Assembly: GCF_009914755.1 (NCBI RefSeq)
Contig: NC_060926.1
Source of the DNA: the human T2T-CHM13v2.0 reference genome, Homo sapiens
Length of the DNA: 64,000 nt
Reading direction: 5' to 3' (one strand)
Shown: positions 12,523 to 24,906 of the stretch, piece by piece
Position numbering within the stretch: the first letter of the stretch is position 1
Layout of the letters: the number at the start of each line of letters is the position of its first letter
The notes under the pieces: generated by a model
Told to the model about the DNA's origin: nothing
Seen by the model: only the letters and a program-made list of their open reading frames with translations
Database searches by the model: none
Program-made: the position numbers and the translations under genes

Positions 12523-14376
12523 TTACATATTTTCCATTGCTCTCTTAGCAATATGCTCCCTTCCCTTTTCTGCCTTTTCTTGGTTGAGGTATTCCAGCAC
12601 TTTCATTAACAGATCTTCATCCCAGTACTGCCTATTTGGGGTATCATCATTCTTCGGGGGCCCCACAGGGAACCTTTTGCTCACCGGGGCCAGCTTGTCA
12701 GTCTCCTGAGAGCTGCCTTGATTCAAATGCTCTTTGATGGCCTGCTCAATTTGTTCCTCTTCCTGCAGGTCATCTTCAGATGAGCCTTGACCAGGAACTC
12801 GCTTCACTTGGTTTGAATTAATGATCTCAGGGTATTTAACTAGCATCCTGGCCAAGTACTCACCTAATTCTTGATCCTTGTCGTTCAGGTTTTCATATGC
12901 CATCTGTCTGTTTTCAACATGTGGAATCCAGGCAGCTTTGGGAAGCTGGTTCGATCTAGATCTTCCAGCACCATAAGGGAGCCTTGGCAGAACTTTCTCC
13001 TGGTTATATGGATTGGGAAAATACGACGTTTTCTGATTTGCTGCACTCTCCATCCCTAAAAGATTTAAAATATCCTCAACACTGAGCCCGTCTGGTAGGG
13101 CCTCAGTCCCAGCACGACCAGGTGTTTTAGGGTAGCCACTCTTGGAGAGCATCCTATTTTGGAACAGGTCTGGATGGTCTAAGTCAGCCTCTGAGATGTC
13201 ATCTAGGTCAACAGGAAGGTCAAGCTCCCGCTCCGGTTCCACTGATCCATTCGGCTTCTCCCCAGTTTTGAGCATCTCAATTAAGTCTTCTGGGGGTATC
13301 TGTAAATTCCTTGAGATTTCAATCAGCTGATAAATAGACTGAGAATCAAGAGGTTTCTCAAAAAGCCTGGTGGCCCTTTCCCCATTTTGCCCATTCTGTA
13401 ACCTCCCACTTCCTGCAGCATTTACTAACCTTTTCAAATAGGCAATTACTTTGGAGACATCATCTGAGAGTTGGTCTTTACTCTCTTTCCGAAGATCTTC
13501 TTCCTGGATGCCAAGCTGCCCTGAGCGTTTCATCTCATCGTTGATTTGTTCATTTTTTTCTATATTCTCTTTGCTGTCTCTCACCTCTTCCTGGGTTTGA
13601 CTCTCTATTTTCTCCTCTACTGGGTTCCAGTCTTCTCCCCCGACCACATCTTCATAGGCAATGTTATTAGCCTTGTAGATATCATCTTCATCATCCGTAT
13701 AAAGTTTTTGCTCCTCATCCATCCTCTCACGTTTCTGGTTGTTTGGTCCTGTCAGTTTCCCCAGCTCTTGGAAGACAGATTCCAATGTAGCAAGGCTTTG
13801 AGGAGTATATTGTTCCTCCACTATTTCATTTGTGCGTTTAAAGGGGTTATCCCTGGAATTCTCTTCATACATAGGAGGGAATTGCATGTGCTTAAGCTTT
13901 CTTTCTGGCCACTGCTGTGTCTCATAATCATCACTCATGTCCATTGGAAAGTTCTTTTCTGAATTCAAGGCATAGGGCTTATTTTCTTTTGGTGCAGACT
14001 GAGGCTCATTTTCAGCCTGTCTCAAAGCTTCGAGTATTATTCTCATCCAGTCTTCTTCACTCAGTGAATCCCTCTCGGGCAAGTGGCTTTCATCGCCATT
14101 TTCTTTTTGCTGAAGGGGGACAGAGACACCTTGGTAGGGATTATAATCTGGGCTGCTTTCTTCCTTATGAGCTTGTTGTCGGAGGTTTTCTATGTACTCC
14201 AAAGCCCTGATCATTTCAGGACTGGGAAACTTTTGGACATTTTCCAACCTGAGGTCTGGTTCTTTCTGAAGCAGCTGGTTTCTCTGAAATGAAGCTGCTT
14301 CAGCCCCAGAGATGAGGAAAATTAAAGGGATAAGAGACAGGGCTGCTCCAAGCCAGTGGGTCTTTGCTTCAGCCAT
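12523..14376 (-). CDS. SCG2: Secretogranin II (chromogranin C) precursor, 617 aa, single coding exon
   Basis: Long ORF with signal peptide ([27 protein letters not shown]), acidic granin composition, multiple dibasic KR/RK sites and the secretoneurin sequence [33 protein letters not shown]; strong Kozak context CAAACATGG. Confidence 0.99.
   Translation of the reverse strand: MAEAKTHWLGAALSLIPLIFLISGAEAASFQRNQLLQKEPDLRLENVQKFPSPEMIRALEYIENLRQQAHKEESSPDYNPYQGVSVPLQQKENGDESHLPERDSLSEEDWMRIILEALRQAENEPQSAPKENKPYALNSEKNFPMDMSDDYETQQWPERKLKHMQFPPMYEENSRDNPFKRTNEIVEEQYTPQSLATLESVFQELGKLTGPNNQKRERMDEEQKLYTDDEDDIYKANNIAYEDVVGGEDWNPVEEKIESQTQEEVRDSKENIEKNEQINDEMKRSGQLGIQEEDLRKESKDQLSDDVSKVIAYLKRLVNAAGSGRLQNGQNGERATRLFEKPLDSQSIYQLIEISRNLQIPPEDLIEMLKTGEKPNGSVEPERELDLPVDLDDISEADLDHPDLFQNRMLSKSGYPKTPGRAGTEALPDGLSVEDILNLLGMESAANQKTSYFPNPYNQEKVLPRLPYGAGRSRSNQLPKAAWIPHVENRQMAYENLNDKDQELGEYLARMLVKYPEIINSNQVKRVPGQGSSEDDLQEEEQIEQAIKEHLNQGSSQETDKLAPVSKRFPVGPPKNDDTPNRQYWDEDLLMKVLEYLNQEKAEKGREHIAKRAMENM
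12679..12798 (-). other. SCG2: Manserin peptide-coding segment (aa 527-566), flanked by KR sites
   Basis: KR|[10 protein letters not shown]...LAPVS|KR in the translation. Confidence 0.85.
13735..13833 (-). other. SCG2: Secretoneurin peptide-coding segment (aa 182-214), flanked by KR sites
   Basis: KR|TNEIVEE...GPNNQ|KR in the translation; codon positions checked against the sequence. Confidence 0.95.
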
Positions 14377-14390
14377 GTTTGAAAGATTTC

Positions 14391-17378
14391 CTTAAAACAT
14401 AAAAAATATGAGTTACACAAATGAAACAAACTAGAAGACACTATAGCAAAAGAAATAATTGATCATTGAGGTGAGGAAAAAACATAGTAGATATTATTTC
14501 ACATTAAGCTTAGGATAACTCTTTTTAAAAATTCATGAATATTTTCCACATGATTCCCACAAGCAAACCACAGGAATCTTTAGCAAAATTATTACTCATT
14601 CACCAAAAACTTGCATAGCATTCTCTTAGTTAAAACAACAGCAAAAACACTGATATGAGATTTCTTAAATTTTATTTTTTCATTTACAGAACTTGTAGTT
14701 TGATGTTTAGTACATGTTGTTTCTCTATAATAAAGCAGCAAATACTTCCCAAGATGTTTTAATTATTTTATATATTGAAGTCTATTGGCAAAATAATGTG
14801 TTGGCTTAATTTAAAACATGCATTTACACATACGCGCCCACAAATTATGTCCTTAAAGTTGTGTCAAAAAACATGTGGTTTATTTCCTGAAATGTCCATC
14901 TAATTTTGTTGCTGAAACACAGCTGCAGTTACATGACCATATATGACAAAGTAATACTTTTATATGTCAATCATACCGAATTACCTTCTGGGGAGTCCTA
15001 TCCAGATATATTTTTCAGAAATAACTTGTTCTCAATCTGATACCGAATCCAATGATCCATAAATAACCTCCAGAACACGGGTCTTCTCAGATTCCAGCCA
15101 GTAGACTAAACCAATGAAGTTTCTTTTTGTGTGAACGTGCTAAACCAATAAAGTGTTTTAAAATCTCTTTGCTTCATATTTCTTCTAATAATTTATATTA
15201 TGACTGTCTTGCAAAATGCAATTGTGGTTATACTTTTCATCAGCCCTTCAGAGTGTATAGTAAATAATAACAGATGCTACAGAGAGAACATAAGTTTTTT
15301 TAGCTAGTCTATTTCTGAACTTGTGAGTGTTCAGATTCAGTTTGTCTTCTGTCTGTGTCTATTTTGGTATGGACCTGTGAAATCTTAAATCACTCATACT
15401 GTTTAGAAAAATCTTAAAATAACCACTATGTAAATCCCAATTCAAATAAACACAGATGATGTGCTGAATTCTTCCTACTTAAAAATCTCCATTCATTATT
15501 TCCTCCGATGCCTTAAAATCTTACATAGGAATTAGGAAGAGGATTAGTTTTTATGTGTTTTACATTTAATATTGCTAACATTGAAAAAACTATTTTAATA
15601 TTGGCTATTTTGTTGTAAACAAAATGAATGTAAGAGGAGTTTACAAGTTTGTTCATATCTTTACCAGATCATGGTTTTGTGATAGATAAGCTAAGTTATA
15701 TGTATACAATTTTCTGTTAGCTTAGACATCAATTGTAGAAAATACCATTGTTCACAAGATCATATTGATGATTTTGTTTCCAGTTTTTTAGAGCCCAATA
15801 ATGGCTTAGTTATGAAAACATTTTAGCATACGTATATACCTATTTAAATGATTCACGTTTACCAGAGTACTTAATTTATTGAAAGAAACATCTTGAAAGG
15901 CATTTGAGAGGATACTTCCAAAATATTTATTATAAATACATGTTTACTATAAGTAATTTTATTCATAAAATAATGAGGTTCAAATAAAAATACATTATGC
16001 ACTCTTGTTTATATTATTTCAGGATTAATGTAGCTTTGGTAATCAACTTTCAACATTGGCATTTGAAATAATAATCTTAAAAACCTTACTGAACTTATTT
16101 TTTTTGAAGCCACAATACTGAAATAGTCTTAACATGTGGATTATATGCTCATCTTTAAAATCATTATCTTGGAACTGCACTTTGCTGTAAAGTTGAAGCA
16201 GAATACTCATTGCAGTTGTTTAAACCACAGCCTAAGAAGTGCTACCCTTTGCTTAACTATTCAGCTTCAGTTTGAATGACATAGTTATTGCCTTTGAGTG
16301 AGACCCAAAGGATTCTTTTCCCAGGTAGCAGCTCTTTCAAGTAGTAAAGATGTTTCAACAGCTCTACTATTCTATATGGGGTTTGATTTAAAATTGAATT
16401 TTCTGAAATCCAAATAATTAGAACATTATTTTTCCCCTGATAGCTATCATTAAAATCTCTCAAGTTAAAATGTCTTTTCTGTTGAATTCAGGCTAGAGCA
16501 TTGACACATGCAGGTGACTATATGTAATTTAAGCAATTCAACTAGTTGGGATACAGAAAAAATGAAATACTTGTCCCAGACAAAATCTTTAGCAACATAT
16601 TGAACATCCTCTTTAAATCAAATTATAGCAATAACAATAACAATTTACAAAGTTATGAGTATTTTCATCATGTATTCAAAATGATCATTTCTCTGTAATT
16701 CATGGTCACAGCCAAATTACAACCCAAGATAATATTTTGCCCTGGAAAAAGGAAGAATCCAGTGTTCAGGAAAATCCTAAGTTAACATCTTAGAACTAAA
16801 ATTAGGAGATAATAATGTAAGCTCTTTCAAATATACAAGTTCAGAAAAGAATTTTATGTGGTTAGTTAATTCAGAGCTCTTGTAAGATAAATATCAAAGA
16901 AAAAAAACCTAGTTCCAAAATGGGTTGCCTTTATGACTAACATGCTTGACAGCCTTTGTATCATTGGAAACCTACTGTTAAGAATATTAAACATATAAAT
17001 TATACCCCTGGCTTCGTATCTGGCTCTTAGTGGCAGAAATAATAAATTTTGGAAAGAAACAAGATATTGGGCTTGGTTAACTTTACATTAATCTGTGTAT
17101 TGACACTAAAATCCTTAACTTTTTCACTCTTTTTTATATGATTATCTAAGTAACATTCTGGTTAGTAAATATCCAACATCAAGTAGTATAAAGCATAGAC
17201 CCGATCATGTATATACACATATGTAGTGTCCTTACATTGGCTGATGAGCAGCAGGTTGCTATTCAGTTATCCTATCGACATAAGCTTGCCAAACAGTCTT
17301 TTTCTTCTCAGCTAGGAATTAAAAGAAGAGCATGCAATTTGGAACTTTCCAATAAATCAAAGAGAAAAGCAGCCTTAC
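14391..17378 (-). other. SCG2: SCG2 single intron (~2.99 kb, AT-rich, essentially repeat-free)
   Basis: Donor AG|GTAAGG at 17379/17378 and acceptor at 14391; consistent with the known two-exon SCG2 structure. Confidence 0.88.
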
Positions 17379-17455
17379 CTCTTTTTGTTTATATGGCAGA
17401 GGAGCTCCACAGCATATTCCTCCCCGTTCTCCGGGCGAGCTTCTCGGGCCGTTTC
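17379..17455 (-). other. SCG2: SCG2 exon 1 (5'UTR); TSS approximate
   Basis: CpG-rich segment between TATA (17482-17478) and a consensus 5' splice site; TSS inferred ~25-30 nt downstream of TATA. Confidence 0.82.
17389..17415 (-). other. Upstream ORF in exon 1: MLWSSSAI*
   Basis: Minus strand GGAAT ATG CTG TGG AGC TCC TCT GCC ATA TAA; A at -3; translation not shown by sequence alone. Confidence 0.6.
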
Positions 17456-17472
17456 AGCACACGGACAGCTCC
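17453..17472 (+). promoter_or_regulatory. RE1/NRSE-like element, one base shorter than canonical (candidate REST site)
   Basis: TTCAGCAC-ACGGACAGCTCC vs canonical TTCAGCACCACGGACAGCGCC. Confidence 0.7.
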
Positions 17473-17477
17473 TCTGC

Positions 17478-17482
17478 TTATA
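17478..17482 (-). promoter_or_regulatory. TATA box of SCG2 promoter
   Basis: CCCTATAAGCAG on minus strand, just upstream of exon 1. Confidence 0.85.
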
Positions 17483-17516
17483 GGGAGCCGCTGCGCCTGA
17501 CTCCGCACTGCCACAC

Positions 17517-17524
17517 TGACGTCA
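17517..17524. promoter_or_regulatory. Full palindromic cAMP response element (CRE)
   Basis: TGACGTCA ~35 bp upstream of TATA; a proximal CRE is the established hallmark of granin promoters. Confidence 0.92.
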
Positions 17525-17597
17525 CCGGGTTCAGCCACAAACCCCAGCACAAGCGAGGTTTTTCAAAGAACCAAGAGAAAATAATCACTTTATATTT

Positions 17598-17640
17598 AAA
17601 AAAAAAAAAAAAGAAAGAAAGAAAAGAAAAGAAAAAAAAG
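17598..17640. repeat. Poly(A)/(GAAA)n purine tract upstream of the SCG2 promoter
   Basis: A-run followed by GAAA/GAAAA units. Confidence 0.9.
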
Positions 17641-19689
17641 TTGCATGCTTACGCCACCTGTCTTTTTGTGGCAAAAATTGCAGTTTTCCTTTTTCTTTTA
17701 TCAAAATCTTTGAGACGGAATAAACTGCTCTGCACGATTTCTCTTACAAAGAAAGAAATGTGTGTCAGACAGACATGGCTAATTGCAAGACAATCTCATC
17801 TATGTTCTAGCAACTTGTTATAATAGTTTCTTGGTGTCACTGTTGTAATTGTTGTCGTCGTTGTAAGAAAGTTTTACAGACAAGGATTATTTTTTCATCT
17901 TTGCCCACAAAGAAATTACATTACCATTTCCTGTTATAACCAAGATGAATGGAGGACACATTATAAATATGAAAGGCCATATTTCTTATCATGACCACAG
18001 CCATCATTCTTTTAAAATCATATTTATTTGAATAAAACAGAGAGTTCTCTCTCTTTTATATGAGAGCCAACTTTAATAGCTTATATAGTTTTTTAAATGG
18101 GTATTTATCAGACTTCAAGCTTAGTAGCTAATAATTCTTTATATCTCTGTTACTGTCTTTCACAATATCTGATCTCAGAAAGGGAAGCTCAGAAGTTGAG
18201 TGCTGATGAAAATACTTTCATCTACTTAAAAAAAAAGTCTTTTCACTGTTTGGGAAAAATGTGACACATACGTAACTAGAATTCATTTGCAATCGAAAGG
18301 AAGTTGTACTATAAATATTTCCCTTCTCCTGTTGAATCAGATGAGTTGAATACCTTCCATGAATGTGAACAATCCAGGGAATAATACAGCAATTAACTTT
18401 CAACCTCTCAGATTTATAATTCATAATCATTCCTCTGCCTTACCAGATAACCTGATTATATATTTCAATAATTTATATGGATATAAATTTTAAACTTTAT
18501 TTTATTAAAGATATGAGTTTCTAAAAACTGTATATGTTGACATATACTTTAAGAATGCAACAGAATCTTGCCATATAAGAGATCCCATGTGTTTCTGCTA
18601 AATGAACAATCAGCCACTGACTCAATAAATTGTAATACCTACTAGGTGCCAGATACATTGCTAAATGCACAATTGTTAACTAATACAAAAATAAGTGATT
18701 TTTTTGCCTTTGATGAGCCTTTCAGCTAATGGGGATGACATGCAAATAAACACATAATTTTCATATAAATTGGAAAGCATCAATAGAGAGGTTAGCTAGC
18801 AGTGTTTGGACCATTTGGATAGCCAATGGGTTCAACCTAGAAATTCAGGGGGAAACAATGTCCTGGAATAAAAGGCCTAAGCTGAGATTTCTCACTATCA
18901 GGTTTTCTTACAAGGATTTCTAACTATGTTAGTACTTTTGAATTCCTCGAAAAAATAGGAAATGGCTTAAAGTCTTACAGAAAAAATCTTGGAAAAATGT
19001 GCCTCGATTCTCCCTATTTGGTTTTCCTAAACGACTAGGAGATCATCATTTGTGGATTGATATGAATTCATATACACTCAGACTGGGGTTATATGTCCAA
19101 TTCATCCAACAAATTTTGCCTCATAGTGGTTTTTTAGGGCATGATCAAATGCTGGGTTGAAGAGACCTAAATATGACCCATTTCTCAAGCATCATCTCAA
19201 TGACACCAGCTCATTCACTGACATCCTTAGCTAAGATTGCCTTAAATCTTAACAAAGCCCTGGCTAGCTGCTCCAAGTTTGACCTAATTTTCTGTCCAGC
19301 AGTTCTGTGTGACCAGTTCAACTAACCAGTATCAACGCAGCTTTAGAAAACTCTGCAATTATTCTTAAAATGTTGAGTTTGTTCAGCATAGGTCTCAAAA
19401 GCCCTCCAGAAAGTCATCCTGACTAGGCTAATTCATTTATGTGGAACTAAACTTTTTGGCAAGAACCAGAAGCTACGGTTCTTCTAAAGCCCCAGAGTCA
19501 ACATCTTGCCTGGAAATATCTTCAATCATCCAAAAGACATGCAAAACCTCATTCAAAATCTCCAAGTAGATGTGAGATGCCAGGAGGCTGTTGCTGGGAT
19601 GGATTGGCTCCACTAGGCTCAAGATGTGGGTAGAACAATAAGCCATTGTGGGCTATTGAATTTCTGCCTATCTTATGAGACTATGATAA

Positions 19690-19885
19690 ATACCTCTCAC
19701 TTACTGAGTTCTGTTATGATCCAAGCACTGTACTTGGAACCTAATTTAATCCTCCGGACAACTATAACAAGTAGGTATTTTTATCTCCATTTTACAGATG
19801 AAGAAACTAAAGCTCAGAAATAAGTAAGTTGCCCACTATTTTGACTTATAATTGGTAGAGCTAGAATTTGTATTTAAGTCCATTC
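19690..19885 (-). mobile_element. MIR SINE remnant
   Basis: CTCCATTTTACAGATGAAGAAACTAAAGCTCAGA core. Confidence 0.75.
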
Positions 19886-20222
19886 TATGATATTTCTACA
19901 ATAAAAACTATGATTCAGACACTGCTAGAGATGGAAATACAGAAATAAATATGGGATGGATTTAATCATTAAAGACCCAAGTCCAGAATTTAGTTTCTTT
20001 GACAAAAACCCCCAGTTGTCCAGTTGCTTTTCCTGGTCTAAGAAAAGCAAAGGCATAGGCCGGGACTTCTATTTGGGGCAGCACCAATGGAAAGCAAGAA
20101 TAAACATTAGATCACAGCCTTGATGCTATGGGGCATACATCTTCCAAATAAGAGAACAGTTGCTGAATTAGGAAAATTCTATTCACCAGCCTGTTTTTTC
20201 AAAATCAAACTCCCCAAACATA

Positions 20223-20880
20223 TTTTTTAACTTTCAAGTTCAGGGGTACATGTGCAGGTTTGTTACATAGGTAAACTTCTGTCATGGAAGTTTGTTGTAC
20301 AGATTATTTCATCACCCAGGTATTAAGCCTACTACCCATTAGTTATTTTTCCTGATCCTCTCCCTCCTCCCACCATCCACACTCTGATAGGCTGTGTCGT
20401 TCCCCTCTTTGTGTTCATGTATTCTCATCATTTAGCTCCCACTTACAAGTGAGAACATATGGTATTTTGTTTTCTCTTCCTGCATTAGTTTTTTAAAGAT
20501 AATGGCCTCCGCCTCTATCCATGTCCCTGCAAAGGACATGATCTCATTCTTTTTTTGGCTGCATAGTATTCTATGATGTATATGTGCCACATTTTCTTTA
20601 TCCAGTCTGTAATTGATGGGCATTTAGGTTGATTCCACATCTTTGCTATTGTGAATAGTGCTGCAATGAACATACACATGCATGTGTCTTTATAATAGAA
20701 CAATTTGTATTCCTTTGGGTATATAACCAATAATGGAATTGCTGGGTTGAATGGTAGTTTACATCTTTGAGGAATCACCACACTGTCTTCCACAATGGCT
20801 GAACTAATTTACACTCCCACCAACAGTGTATAAGCATTCCTTTTTCTCCATAACATTGCCAACATCAATTTTTTTTGTTT
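20223..20880 (-). mobile_element. Older L1PA (about PA13-16) 3' fragment
   Basis: Antisense L1 3'UTR plus ORF2 tail (ORFs 20432-20623 and 20515-20793 resemble ORF2 C-terminus). Confidence 0.88.
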
Positions 20881-21006
20881 TTATAGATTTTTCAATGTGT
20901 TATATTTAACATATTTCCAAAAGTCACTAATTTTTTGCCAGTAGTTATTTGTTCTAAAGGGAGCTATTTCTCAAATAGAAATGTATTTGGAGAAGAATTT
21001 AAAATG

Positions 21007-21062
21007 ATATATATATATATATATATACACACACGTATATGTACACACACATATATATATAT
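21007..21062. repeat. (TA)n/(CA)n compound microsatellite
   Basis: Seen directly. Confidence 0.9.
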
Positions 21063-23489
21063 CAATAGTTTGTTGACATAAAATATTTTAGAGCATGTAT
21101 AAAACATTAAAATAACCTATAAATCTTTGTATCACTGAACCTGTTTCAAGGAATTATTTAAGCATGCCTTACAAAATTTTAATTTTCTTGTTAGATCTAA
21201 ATTGCCAACTATCATCACCGCCAAGAAACGAATCTCTATATTGTGAACGTTTTCAGAATAATTATGTACTATGTATGAAAATGGATTTTTAGAAAATTAG
21301 CTTGCATCCTCACCAGGGTGCTGTTAATTTCAAGTTAATCATTCACAATTTAACGTTAAGTAATTAGAACAGATGAGTTTGTTTTTATGACCGGATTTTC
21401 TTAAATCTTGGTCATTTTATTCTTTGTTATTCAATTTCATATTTTATCTAGACAAGATTTTGATTTCTATCATTCATACAAGCAATCCTCTACCTTAGTA
21501 ATCTTTTCATTTGAAACTTCTCGCTCTTACACTCCATTACACTTCTCATTTTGTTTCAATTTATATGGAAGCAATTGAGATCCAGAAGGCCAATGTGTCT
21601 TGTTTCTCCTTTTTCTCTTGTCTGCTTCTTCCCTGTCTCTAACTGCCTCCCTGCCTGCCCTTCCCTCCCATGGAAGATCAGACTCTCACGGTGGAGTCCA
21701 GATGCAGCACGCTTCAGCTGAGGTCCTCCAGCGTTCACCTGACTGTGCCAGCAAGGAGGGTATAGTGTCTACCCCGGCCCCTCAGGGCCTTGGCTACTTG
21801 TCCTTGCTCAGTCCTCACCTGCCTGCCTGCCTTCTCTTCTTTTTACTTTTTTTTCTTTACGCTCCTTGTTTACTCTTTACCACCTTTATCTTTTGCTTCC
21901 AAAATTTAAATTCCATTCTCTTAGTTGTAGTGCGCTTTATTAACAAATGACTGTTTTTTAACTCAGTGTCAAAGAAGAGTGAAATATTTTTCCCCTTCCC
22001 TTGCAAAGGCAGGGCCTGCCAAATTGCTGTTTGGAGAACACACAAGTCAGAAACAGGGTATACTTTATTTAATAATGTGACTGCACAGTTTCCCAGACAA
22101 AATCCACTAGGTTCTAGGAGGTAGAAACTCTGCTTTCTATTATTGTACCCTCATGCCAAAAATATGTTTGTGAATCGAGTTGAATTAAAGTTTTCTCATT
22201 CCTGCTACCAAAGCTTCACACATTTTCTCTTGGAATTTTTTAATCCTCTTACAGTAGCATCCTTATGCAAATGCACTGACTTTATTCATTTGCATTGCAT
22301 GCACTGCTAGCAAATTCAGTTTAGTTTTTTTAAGGAATATTTTCCTCCACTACAGGAGCATTCTATATTTTTCTAACTTTTGCTTCATTTTGTAAAATAT
22401 TTTCCAAGTATTTGAGTAAAAATATGAAATTGCACATAGAAAGAAAATTGAGCTATTCTTAATTCCAGTATTTGTTTATTCTTTGTAATATTTTTGCTCT
22501 GCATATCAAGGTACCACATTACTGACAGCCCTAGGTGAACTAGACAACATTTAAGGCTCTTTCTACCCCTTGACCTCTTTACTCCGTGAAATGACAGTCT
22601 GCTGTGAAATTTTTTTTACTTATCTGGTAGGTATTAAAATACGATTTTTCTCATAAACCCTCAATAAGAATTGTATAAACCAAATAAACACAGGCTCTTC
22701 TCTTCATTGACTTTGGATTCTTGGAACCATCTGGTACTTGGAAGAAAAGCAAGTACCATTTTCTTAATCCAATACCATGAATGTTTGGGCATCTGCTCCC
22801 TCGATGGATTTCGGGAGAAGGAAGTTTGTGCACTGGAAGTTAATTACTTTGCTTAAAACAATGATGAATGTCTCAATCTTTCAGATTCTCCTAGTATAAT
22901 TGTTTTGTGAATCAATGTTTTCAGCATTTACATGCCAATATTTTAATAACGATTTTTTTTTTTTGGCTTGGAAATTTCCCACCTACACTCTCTCACCCCT
23001 CCTTTTAATCAAAAGCCCAGAGAGATGTAAGAAAGTCTTCAAGGTTAAAGTGCAGCATCTTTATGGTTAAGTTTAGCATTTTGTGTCCAGGGCTCCCACG
23101 GATTCACCAGATGACTTTTCACAGTTCACTTAGCCTTTGTAGGAATTTTGGAGTGCTTTCTATATCGGCAAAATGAATATATCACTTCTGGAGGTAGGGC
23201 ACTTGCATATATAATATGATGAGGGGAGCTGAGAAAAGCCTCCTTAACCCAGAACTTTCTCCCCCAAATCCAGCCAGCCTGTCTGTATTCTACATCATAG
23301 GTGGTTTGGGGTTTTTTAGAATTTTTGGTACAGGGTCCTTAGGAGCTCCATTGTAAGGGATAATTCATTAATCAGTTATTACCTCCTTAGCAGGAATTAG
23401 CGCACAAATCAAATCATCTCACTACTTTGACACTGAAGAAAGGACACAGGCCCTGTATACTACAGGGGCATGATTAAAAGCATGTATTG

Positions 23490-23713
<224 letters not shown>

Positions 23714-24847
23714 GCATGTATTGGAGTCGTGATTCTCAAAGGGTGGTCCCAGGTTAGCAATATCATCACCACTCAGCAATCTGTTAGCAACACACATTTT
23801 CAGACCCCACCCAGAAGGGTTCATTTAGCATAAAACCAAATATAAATGTAAATACACTTGACCTTTTCCGACAGCCTTCCTAGAGACTGGCTCACCAGCC
23901 CATTATTTGCTCCCGATATGGAAACGCTACTGATGTTTGCAAAGAACATCTCTTCCTGGCTTTATAGAGGTTTCAAATTGATTCTTGCATAAATACAGAT
24001 GGGTTTATCTGAGTACAAATTAGCTCATAGATTGCTATGATTGGAAAGATATATAAAATGTCATCCACTCTAACCTGGCTCATTGCTTGCATCTGCTCTG
24101 TCAAATTCCTAACAAACAGACTTCCAGCATATAATATTAAGTTTCCTTAAATACCTCCAAAAAATAGCAACTCATTACCTCCCAATGCTCCCTATTCCAT
24201 CTTTGGGCAAATTTATTCTCAAGTTTTGTGGGTATTTCCCCCCTTGTATTGGGCTGAAATATGACCCCCTGTGGCTTCACCATGGATCTGAGTTCTGCCC
24301 TGGAAGGCTATGTGGAGCAAGTCTTGGTCCTATTTTCTGTCACCAGAATCAGGCCTCACCAGCCAGTTTGCTTTTTCTAAATGAAACAGTTCTGTTAAAT
24401 TTTCTTCGTAATTCATGGTGCTGGACCTCAGCTCCAAAGCACAGTCTTTGGCCTAATTCAATGTAAGACTTGAAAACAGCATCTAGCTCAGAGTGGATAT
24501 CCTTCATCCCAGTCCCCTTGCCTAGAAAGTTCTCCCCAACCCCTCCAAGCCGCCCGCTTTTGCCCAGTCAACATCTTGCTTCTGAGGAAGCTCATTTCTC
24601 TGAGTTTCCTGACTCGGCCAATTCTCTCTAGAATATTCTCTCATGGAACCAAATATTTCTCTTGGTTAGTACTTAGTATAGTTGTAATATATTATAGCAT
24701 TTTTATTTGTGGGATTCTTAGATTACTCTCTTCCCAAATGACTTTAATGTATTTGAGGACATAAAGAAGTCTGGGACATAAGTCCATTGTACCCAAAACC
24801 CAGCCAAACCAATGCTTAAAAATAGTAACATCTACAGGCCTGAGTTT

Positions 24848-24850
<3 letters not shown>

Positions 24851-24884
<34 letters not shown>

Positions 24885-24906
24885 AATAATAATAATAATA
24901 ATAATA
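24851..24906. repeat. (CA)n followed by (AAT)n microsatellite
   Basis: Seen directly. Confidence 0.95.

Larger units (their letters stand above)
12035..14390 (-). other. SCG2: SCG2 exon 2 (14-nt 5'UTR, CDS, ~490-nt AU-rich 3'UTR); 3' end approximate
   Basis: Acceptor TTTTTTATGTTTTAAG|GAAATC on minus strand (AG = 14392-14391); AATAAA signals downstream of the stop. Confidence 0.88.

Noticed and set aside
12512-14292. Several plus-strand ORFs (62-138 aa) overlapping SCG2
   Set aside because: Antisense shadows of the SCG2 coding sequence, with no independent promoter, splice or family signal
17387-17396. CArG/SRE-like CCATATAAAC in exon 1
   Set aside because: Lacks the terminal GG of CC(A/T)6GG; two mismatches
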